From Candidatus Sigynarchaeum calidifontis (GTDB lineage: Archaea > Asgardarchaeota > Lokiarchaeia > Sigyniarchaeales > Sigyniarchaeaceae): a DNA stretch of 12,915 nucleotides. Both the position numbers and the translations under genes were made by a program. This document shows positions 1 to 6,243 of the stretch, in pieces (the first letter of the stretch is position 1; each line of letters starts with the position of its first letter). The stretch is taken from the NCBI GenBank assembly GCA_030587475.2, contig JAUQYZ020000105.1, forward strand, positions 1-12,915, read 5' to 3'. The notes under the pieces are model-generated. The model searched no databases. It saw only the letters and a program-made list of their open reading frames with translations, and had not been told where the DNA came from.

Positions 1-514
1 AATTTGGCGCGACGTTGATGATCTGTTCGAGCGGGGTGCTCGTATCTATTTTATCGAGGTCTTGCATTGTCGATTCGAATGCACCAGCTTGCGATGCTGC
101 TTGTGCTTCCAACGTGCTTTGCATCTCGAATAGCTGGAGCGCATGCAATTTCTGTTCGGAACGGGGCCGTTGCACGAGCTGGGACTTGTCGACGTTGAAG
201 GCCTTGAGAAGGAATTCAAAAGAGTCCTTGAGAAGTGCCTTCACCGCAGTGGATCGATCCTTCTCATCGTCGGGGAGGCAGAGATACCCCTTTTTTACCT
301 TCATTTTATGTTTATCGAGGATTTCTTGAACACTTGATTTAAATTCCTTGTTTTTATCGAGTTGTAAAGCAGCATAAAATAGATTTTCGGCGATCTTTCC
401 ATCTCTTTCCAAGACTTTTTTCAATTGCGCGAGACGAGATTTAAACAGATCAGCATTCGTCGTTTCGCTCAAGTTTTCCACCCGTTCCCTAGTTCGCGCG
501 CTTGTCTTGGTCAT
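1..514 (-). CDS. Hypothetical protein, N-terminal 171 aa; runs off the left edge
   Basis: Manual translation from ATG at 514 gives MTKTSARTRERVENLSETTNADLFKSRLAQLKKVLERDGKIAENLFYAALQLDK...DLDKIDTSTPLEQIINVAPN with no stop for 171 codons. An in-frame TAG at 548-550 bounds it upstream. The composition is charged and helical. It is absent from the ORF track because its stop lies outside the window. No family recognised. Confidence 0.8.
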   Translation of the reverse strand, partial: MTKTSARTRERVENLSETTNADLFKSRLAQLKKVLERDGKIAENLFYAALQLDKNKEFKSSVQEILDKHKMKVKKGYLCLPDDEKDRSTAVKALLKDSFEFLLKAFNVDKSQLVQRPRSEQKLHALQLFEMQSTLEAQAASQAGAFESTMQDLDKIDTSTPLEQIINVAPN

Positions 515-561
515 GTTTCGATAGCCAGTGATGGCTTCGGCGATGATCTACCCTTGCCGGC

Positions 562-588
562 AATAGAATTCATCCCGATGATTCTATT
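562..588. promoter_or_regulatory. Inverted repeat in the divergent intergenic region (candidate operator or hairpin)
   Basis: AATAGAA-T-TCAT-CCCG-ATGA-TTCTATT: 11-bp arms with one bulge. A second AT-rich palindrome, AGAAT-ATA-ATTCT, lies at 601-613. Function is inferred from position only. Confidence 0.35.
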
Positions 589-737
589 CTCCACTGCAAC
601 AGAATATAATTCTTTTTACCCGGAGCGAAAATTGCTCACGTCGAGAACTTGATCGAATTCCAAAGCAATATTCTGTTGCGATCAAGGTTAAATTGCGTGG
701 AAATCGATATAGCATAACGAATCGAGTTGACCGGCAC

Positions 738-1106
738 ATGCACGTGCGAGCTTGCATCGTGAAGACTGCCCAATACAAAGCCAGCGGGGAAGAAGGCAAG
801 TATTCGGAAGCGTACAGGCGAGAGGCAACGGTTTTGCTCGTGCACCCCGATGACATGGTCGCGTGGCAATTCAAGGAAGGGATGCACGTCGCGTGTTCTA
901 ACCAAGAGAAAAAACAAGCCGTGATCCTCGCCGTGAAACAAACGAGAAATGTTCGCAAAGGTATGGTGAACATCATCGCTTCGCCATGGACAGCTTGCTT
1001 GTTGCAAGACGATCGCCGCTTCGTCGACCTCGATGTCGAGCCGTCGACCGAGGAGATTCTCCCGCTCGATCAATTATTATCGATCAAGAGGCCTGGTGCC
1101 AGGTGA
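738..1106 (+). CDS. fwdD: Formylmethanofuran dehydrogenase subunit D-like protein (molybdopterin dinucleotide-binding fold), divergent
   Basis: 122 aa from ATG 738. GKYSEAYRREATVLLVHPDDM...KEG...GMVNIIASPW...VEPSTEEILPLDQLL follows the FwdD pattern (K.S..Y...A....NPEDM..LG..EG...G.VFIP.GPW...VEPT.E.VL...LL). It lies directly upstream of an fwdA homologue. Confidence 0.8.
   Translation: MHVRACIVKTAQYKASGEEGKYSEAYRREATVLLVHPDDMVAWQFKEGMHVACSNQEKKQAVILAVKQTRNVRKGMVNIIASPWTACLLQDDRRFVDLDVEPSTEEILPLDQLLSIKRPGAR
1101..1106 (+). promoter_or_regulatory. Shine-Dalgarno-like AGGTGA overlapping the fwdD-like stop codon
   Basis: AGGTGA-GC-ATG(1109). The spacing is short, but the arrangement suggests translational coupling of the two genes. 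Confidence 0.4.
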
Positions 1107-1108
1107 GC

Positions 1109-2743
1109 ATGAACTCCATCTTGATTCGCAACTGTAGCTGCCTCGACCCCCTCCATGGCACACAGTTCGAGTCGAAAGACCTCCTCATCAAGGATGGCTT
1201 TTTTCGACCGAAAGTTGATGGTAATTCAGAGAACACGAGAGAAATCGATGCAAATGGCCGGGTAGTGGTGCCAGGCGGGATATTGCCATCATTTAAATTG
1301 CCGGCGGGGTTAACATTCGAATCCTCTCTAGATCTCGCCGCTAGTGCACGTGCACTCGTTGAAACGGGATTCACGACTGTCGTCATCGACGGCATCACGC
1401 CATTCACGGCACTTGATGCTCACCAGCGGATACAACGCCTCCCGGTCGTGAACAAGGTGCCAATCATAGACTTTGCGAACTTCCAATTCTTCACCGGTTT
1501 CTTGAAAAACGGGGTATCGAACTACGCAGCTGAAGTCGCGGCCTCCATCCTCCGCAAGATGAAGGGCCATGGCATATCAGCCATCGGCCCGGGAAGCACG
1601 CTCGAATGGAGCAAGTCTACAGAACCCGGAACCCGCACCATGAGCGCGCCAATTCCTTTTCTCGGCATGAACATCGAGAAGCTGGTGATCGAGCTCGTCG
1701 GCATCCACGATCACGGGTTTTTCAAGCCAGGAATGCTTCTAGAAACGGGCATCGAGGGTTTCCCCGCTTCCAGGGCGCAACTCGACGGTTTATTAGCACG
1801 CATAACTGGCGCGATAAAAAGCGGGGGAAACGAGCCACTTGTAGCGATAAAACAGCTCGCGAGATATGCTCTGGATCCCGATTACAAGGGTGGCGAAATC
1901 GCCGAGAACGTGCCCGTCGCCGAGGCTGCAATGGCAGCAGCGGACAACATCGCGGGGTTGGTCGATCTTCCAAGCATGGATTTCACACGCACCACATACA
2001 TAGACAACGCGGCATCGCCACTCCACGATTCCAAAGGCATACTCTCCCGGGGCATCATCGAGGGCGAGCTTTTCGTGATCACCTATTCCATAAGCGAAAA
2101 AGAAAAGCTTGATCTCGCTGCACGGTTCTGGCTCGCCGGGATGAAATTTGCCCTCGACATGCCAGCACCACTCAAGGAACGAGTGGCTTTTAGCTTGATG
2201 CCGCAGCTCATCAATAGCAATTCAAGCATAGCGGGCAACATGGGTTGCCTCCTTAGCGAGCGGTACCGTCTCTCCAAAAGGATGGTGTTCCCCGACGCGT
2301 CGAGCAAGTCACGCGCCGCGGAATTACTGAAAGGCAAGGAAATGACCTTTCCGGAGCTAGTGAACTTCACCCGGGCAGTTCCCGCTAAGATATTCGGACT
2401 GGACAAGCTCCTCGGTGGTTTCGGGGACGGCCAGATTGGCGATGTTATCATCTTGAACGCCCGGCCAGGAGATCTCGACCGGTTGCGAGACGAACCGGAT
2501 CATTTGCACGATCTGCTCACTAATCCTTTCGCCGTGATAAAAGGGGGAATGGTGGCACTCGAGAACGGGCACTTTAACCCGGTGATCCGGGGATACACGA
2601 TGCTCCACGAGGTCCAGGGCGATTCAACTATTGCCGACAGCATCGAGCAGAACTTGGACAAGCAATTCTTGAAATACTACTCGACACATCTCGACGGGAA
2701 GATCGTGCCAGCATCGCTCGTCGAACCGGCGATCACAGATTGA
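1109..2743 (+). CDS. fwdA: Formylmethanofuran dehydrogenase subunit A-like amidohydrolase-fold protein, predicted catalytically inactive
   Basis: 544 aa from ATG 1109, collinear with FwdA along its length: ILIRN...DPLHG...KDLLIKDG, IDANGRVVVPGG, GFTTVV, KG.GI.AIGPG...W, PIPFLG, W..GM.FAL, LLS..YR, EMTF.EL...TRA.PAKI.GL, G..GD..I, VIKGG, F..YYS. The metal-ligand positions are substituted (see findings). Confidence 0.85.
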   Translation: MNSILIRNCSCLDPLHGTQFESKDLLIKDGFFRPKVDGNSENTREIDANGRVVVPGGILPSFKLPAGLTFESSLDLAASARALVETGFTTVVIDGITPFTALDAHQRIQRLPVVNKVPIIDFANFQFFTGFLKNGVSNYAAEVAASILRKMKGHGISAIGPGSTLEWSKSTEPGTRTMSAPIPFLGMNIEKLVIELVGIHDHGFFKPGMLLETGIEGFPASRAQLDGLLARITGAIKSGGNEPLVAIKQLARYALDPDYKGGEIAENVPVAEAAMAAADNIAGLVDLPSMDFTRTTYIDNAASPLHDSKGILSRGIIEGELFVITYSISEKEKLDLAARFWLAGMKFALDMPAPLKERVAFSLMPQLINSNSSIAGNMGCLLSERYRLSKRMVFPDASSKSRAAELLKGKEMTFPELVNFTRAVPAKIFGLDKLLGGFGDGQIGDVIILNARPGDLDRLRDEPDHLHDLLTNPFAVIKGGMVALENGHFNPVIRGYTMLHEVQGDSTIADSIEQNLDKQFLKYYSTHLDGKIVPASLVEPAITD

Positions 2744-2790
2744 TCGAACATTTCCCGGCCATCGTGCACGATGTATTAAGAGAAAAACAA

Positions 2791-2796
2791 AGGAGG
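2791..2796 (+). promoter_or_regulatory. Shine-Dalgarno AGGAGG for hdrA
   Basis: AGGAGG lies 9 nt before the in-frame GTG at 2806, which immediately precedes the HdrA N-terminal motif RIGIFICHCG. Confidence 0.65.
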
Positions 2797-2805
2797 CAAG
2801 GTTTC

Positions 2806-5139
2806 GTGACCACCCCGAAAGAACGCATCGGGATATTCATTTGCCATTGCGGTTTCAACATCGCTGGCGTGCTGGACATCAAGCGCATCATCGAACACTT
2901 TTCGCGCAAGGACAACTATCCCGACGTGGCCATCACCGAGCACAAGTATTTTTGCTCAGATGCAGGGCTCCTCCAGATGAAACAAGATATCAAGGAGCTC
3001 GGAATCTCGAGGATGATCGTCGCGGCATGTACCATGAAGCTGCATGGCGAGCTTTTCAGGAATGTTGCAGAGGAATCGGGCATCAACAGGTTCCTCGTCG
3101 AGTTCGCAAACATCCGGGAACAAAACTCGTGGGTTCACGCACACCAGCCGGTCGAGGCGACCGACAAGGCCATCGACCAGATCAACATGGCGATCCAGAA
3201 GGTGCGCCTCGCCATCGCGCTCGACGTGACCACGAGCCCGGTTGCCCGCGCCGCGCTCGTGATCGGGGGCGGCGTGGCCGGTATAAAGGCCGCGCTCGCC
3301 CTCGGCGACGCCGGCATCAAGACTTGGCTCGTCGACCGCCAGCCCACGATAGGCGGCCACATGGCATTGTTCGACAAGACCTTTCCCACGCTCGACTGTT
3401 CTATCTGCGTGCTTGGTCCGGAGATGGTGCACGTCAAGGAGCACCCGAACATCACGTTGCTCACGTATTCTACCATCGAAGAAGTCTCTGGTTTCGCCGG
3501 GAACTTCACGGTTCGCATCCGGAAAAAAGCCCGCTTGATTGACGAGAAAAAATGCGCGGGCTGCTTCAACGATTGCTGCGACGTTTGCCCCGTTGACGTG
3601 GATGATCCCTACTATCCGCGCCACGCGATATACGTTCCCTACCCCCAAGCCGTGCCCTTGATACCCGTGATCGACGCGGAGAAGTGCATTCACTGCCGAG
3701 CTTGCGAGATAGGCTGCCAGCGGGAGGCGATCAAGTTTGAACAGCAAGACGAGATCGTGGAGGTCCAAACAGGTGCCATCATCGTAGCGACGGGATTCGA
3801 AGCCTTCGATCCAACCATCAAGCGCGAGTTCGGTTATGGGGTGCACGCAGACGTCATCACCGGCATGGAGATGGAGCGCATGCTCAATCCCTATGGTCCC
3901 ACGGGCGGTAGGATCATCAAGCCATCAACGGGCGAGAAGCCGGCGAGCATCGCCTACGTGTTGTGCGTCGGGGCGAGGGATGACAAGGTCGGTAACCCGT
4001 GGTGCTCCCGTGTCTGCTGCAATTATTCAATCAAGCAAGCCATCCAGCTCAAGGAGCGCGTTCCCGAAGTCCAAGTTCAAGTTTTTTACACGGACTTGCG
4101 CGCAACGGGGAAAGGTTGTGAAGAGTTCCTGAACCGGGCGAGATCAGAGTTTGAAATCAAATTCACGCGAGGACGTGTTTCCAGGATAGCTAGGGAGGAT
4201 GTTGGGAACAAGTTGGTGATCGAGGCGGAGGACACGCTCGTCCAGAAACGGATCGAATGCCTTTTCGATCTCGTCATCTTGTCAACGAGCATGGTGCCGC
4301 CGCAAGACACGAAGAACCTGGCCAAGGTCCTGAACATCAGCACCGGCGCGGATGGTTTTTTTCTGGAGGATCACTTGAAGATGCGTCCCGCACAGAGCAC
4401 GCTTCGGGGAATATTCTTGGCCGGCGTGGCACAAGGGCCAAAAGACATTCCCGAGTCCATCGCCCACGCGGAATCTGCCGCGAGCAAGGTTATCGGCATG
4501 ATCTCCAGGGGTTTTATCGAAATCGATCCGCGAAAGATTCGCTATGACGTGAACAAGTGCATCAAGTGCAAACTCTGCACGCAGATATGCACGTTCGGTG
4601 CACTCGAGTTCAAGGACGACCGGGTCGAAGTGGCACTGCCAAACTGCACCGGATGCGGCGCATGCCAGGCGATGTGCCCGTCCAGCGCGTTATACATACC
4701 GGGTTTCACGAAAAACGAGATATTGACCCAGATCGATGCTGCCACGAAAGAAAAAAAGATATCACCCCTCATCATCGCGTTCCTATGCAACTGGTGCTCC
4801 TACGCGGGCGCGGATCTTGCAGGCACGGCAAAAATGCAATACCCGCCCAACGCGAGGATCATACACGTGATGTGCTCCGCCATGGTCGATCCGCTCTACG
4901 TGTTCACGGCATTCGCAAGAGGGGCAGATGGTGTTCTCGTCGCGGGGTGTTACGAGCAAGATTGCCATTATGCCACGGGTTTCGCAAAAACAAGGGCGCG
5001 AGGCGAGGCGATCAAGACCATAATCGAACAAATGGGAATAAAAGATTACCGGTTCGTCGTGGAAAGCGTTTCCGCGGGCGAGGGAAAAAAGTTTCAGGAG
5101 CTCATTGAAAAATTCACCGCACGCTTGAGGAACCTTTGA
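2806..5139 (+). CDS. hdrA: Heterodisulfide reductase subunit A fused to a C-terminal MvhD/FlpD [2Fe-2S] domain
   Basis: N-terminal CHCG...FCS...AACT...NIREQNSW; FAD-binding IGGGVAG; DKTFPTLDCSIC; inserted ferredoxin (CAGCFNDCCDVCP, CIHCRACEIGC); EMERM; CVGAR...CSRVCC...KQA; GVAQGPKDI; C-terminal 2x[4Fe-4S] (CIKCKLCTQIC, CTGCGACQAMCP). The MvhD domain starts at ~4771 (FLCNWCSYAGAD, VMCS, GADGVLVAGC...DCHY, SAGEG). An alternative start is TTG 2740, overlapping the fwdA stop. Confidence 0.96.
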   Translation: MTTPKERIGIFICHCGFNIAGVLDIKRIIEHFSRKDNYPDVAITEHKYFCSDAGLLQMKQDIKELGISRMIVAACTMKLHGELFRNVAEESGINRFLVEFANIREQNSWVHAHQPVEATDKAIDQINMAIQKVRLAIALDVTTSPVARAALVIGGGVAGIKAALALGDAGIKTWLVDRQPTIGGHMALFDKTFPTLDCSICVLGPEMVHVKEHPNITLLTYSTIEEVSGFAGNFTVRIRKKARLIDEKKCAGCFNDCCDVCPVDVDDPYYPRHAIYVPYPQAVPLIPVIDAEKCIHCRACEIGCQREAIKFEQQDEIVEVQTGAIIVATGFEAFDPTIKREFGYGVHADVITGMEMERMLNPYGPTGGRIIKPSTGEKPASIAYVLCVGARDDKVGNPWCSRVCCNYSIKQAIQLKERVPEVQVQVFYTDLRATGKGCEEFLNRARSEFEIKFTRGRVSRIAREDVGNKLVIEAEDTLVQKRIECLFDLVILSTSMVPPQDTKNLAKVLNISTGADGFFLEDHLKMRPAQSTLRGIFLAGVAQGPKDIPESIAHAESAASKVIGMISRGFIEIDPRKIRYDVNKCIKCKLCTQICTFGALEFKDDRVEVALPNCTGCGACQAMCPSSALYIPGFTKNEILTQIDAATKEKKISPLIIAFLCNWCSYAGADLAGTAKMQYPPNARIIHVMCSAMVDPLYVFTAFARGADGVLVAGCYEQDCHYATGFAKTRARGEAIKTIIEQMGIKDYRFVVESVSAGEGKKFQELIEKFTARLRNL

Positions 5140-5141
5140 TT

Positions 5142-5360
5142 TCACGAATTGCCCGGGATCGTGCCTTTTCGCTGCTTTTTCAACGCGACCATCTTGCGAA
5201 CGAGCATCAAGGCAAAAACAGCGATGACGAGAACGTAGATCATCCATGTCGCCCCGAATATGAAATGAAATATGAAAAGGATTACCACGACCCCGATTAT
5301 AACGAGAACAGCGAATAATCCGTTTTTCATGGAATCGCTAAGGGGCGCGGGCATCGGCAT
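5142..5360 (-). CDS. Small membrane protein, 72 aa, two predicted transmembrane helices
   Basis: MPMPAPLSDSMKNGLFAVLVIIGVVVILFIFHFIFGATWMIYVLVIAVFALMLVRKMVALKKQRKGTIPGNS: two hydrophobic segments and a basic tail. It fills the gap between hdrA and the GTPase gene. The start could be 5360, 5354 or 5330. Confidence 0.75.
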   Translation of the reverse strand: MPMPAPLSDSMKNGLFAVLVIIGVVVILFIFHFIFGATWMIYVLVIAVFALMLVRKMVALKKQRKGTIPGNS

Positions 5361-5400
5361 CACGACGGGTTGCGAAATTAAGAAAAGAACTCGTGGGATG

Positions 5401-5919
5401 TCACTTGAATTTATTATAGAAGTACTCAGCGAGGACTTCCACGGGCTTCGAGACATTCTCGCCAGTCTTGCTACTCGTGCGAAAATATGCAAGGATACCG
5501 TTGCTCTTGATGAATGCCTTGATTTCTTCGTCGGGCACGCGCATCTCCTTGTCTTCCAGGTCAGCCTTCGTGGCGATGAGGACAAGAGGAAGGTCAGGTT
5601 TCTCCGATCGTAACAAGTTGGCCCATTCACCGAGGTTCATGAAGCTCTGGACGCGATCGAGGGCGAAGAAAAGGAGTCCAGCATGCGCGCCGCGAACGTA
5701 AGATTTTAAGATGAAGCGAAACTGCTCTTGTCCCCCAAGATCCCAAATCGCAAAATTAAAAACTAAATCGCCAAACGGGATAATCTTGTTGAGAAAGTCC
5801 ACGCCAACGGTCAACCGGGTATCGGCCAAGAAGACGTTGGTACAATACCTGTGCAAGAACGTGGTCTTGCCGACTCCACCATCCCCGCCAACCACGACCT
5901 TGTTCACTATCGTCTTCAA
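5401..5919 (-). CDS. Rab-like small GTPase (Ras superfamily, Asgard-type)
   Basis: G1 GDGGVGKT, G2/RabF1-like TVGVDF, G3 IWDLGGQ, EQFR, RabF4-like YVRGA, G4 TKAD, G5 TSSK. TTG start with GGTGA (5931-5927) 7 nt upstream. No C-terminal Cys. Confidence 0.95.
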   Translation of the reverse strand: MKTIVNKVVVGGDGGVGKTTFLHRYCTNVFLADTRLTVGVDFLNKIIPFGDLVFNFAIWDLGGQEQFRFILKSYVRGAHAGLLFFALDRVQSFMNLGEWANLLRSEKPDLPLVLIATKADLEDKEMRVPDEEIKAFIKSNGILAYFRTSSKTGENVSKPVEVLAEYFYNKFK

Positions 5920-6084
5920 AGCCCGTTCACCATTCCAATCGTTTTGTCCCGATCTTTATGCTGCATACCCTCCAGATTTCGTCCGCACGAGAGATTGAAT
6001 GGAATCCGCGTCGCGAAATCGCTCGCCACGCTTGATCGTGCACGTGAGGGGCTTTTTGCTTGATCTACTATTAGACGTGAATCA

Positions 6085-6090
6085 TTTATA
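6085..6090. promoter_or_regulatory. Candidate archaeal TATA box in the divergent GTPase/acyl-CoA dehydrogenase intergenic region
   Basis: TTTATA on the + strand reads TATAAA on the - strand, near the middle of the 324-bp gap. No transcription start data. Confidence 0.3.
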
Positions 6091-6243
6091 CGTTATGACC
6101 AATTCCTAAGGAAAAACATCACCAATTATCCGGCCAATCTTGCCTCGTTTTACCCGATGGATTCCATCCCTGCAACTCTCTTTCAATTTGCCACTTCACG
6201 CGTGCGGATAATTCTTATTTTGTCCCATCGCTTTGTTCCCTTG

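Noticed and set aside
15-337. Plus-strand ORFs 15-329 and 143-337 (also 425-652)
   Set aside because: The minus-strand frame from 514 is longer, has a more protein-like composition and explains the region.
986-1108. N-terminal extensions from the ORF track (986 for fwdA; likewise 693, 2740, 6157, 7311 and 5630 for other genes)
   Set aside because: The extensions overlap neighbouring genes or lack family similarity. Downstream starts coincide with the start of homology, SD motifs or stop/start overlaps.
2841-3846. Long alternative-frame ORFs (2841-3542 +, 2956-3846 -; similarly 1606-2112, 4557-5108, 6196-6516, 8426-9145)
   Set aside because: These are shadow ORFs expected from GC-rich third codon positions in well-supported genes. 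They have Arg/Pro/His-rich or antisense-type composition and no motifs.
2806-5139. Selenocysteine in HdrA/MvhD, which are selenoproteins in some archaea including Lokiarchaeia
   Set aside because: There is no in-frame TGA. The relevant positions (DCSIC, CNWC, GC...DCHY) are Cys codons, and the next gene ends 2 nt after the stop, leaving no free 3' UTR for a SECIS.
738-5139. Evidence for methanogenesis or a functional formylmethanofuran dehydrogenase
   Set aside because: fwdB, fwdC, hdrB, hdrC and mcr are absent from the window, and the FwdA/FwdD homologues lack catalytic and cofactor motifs.
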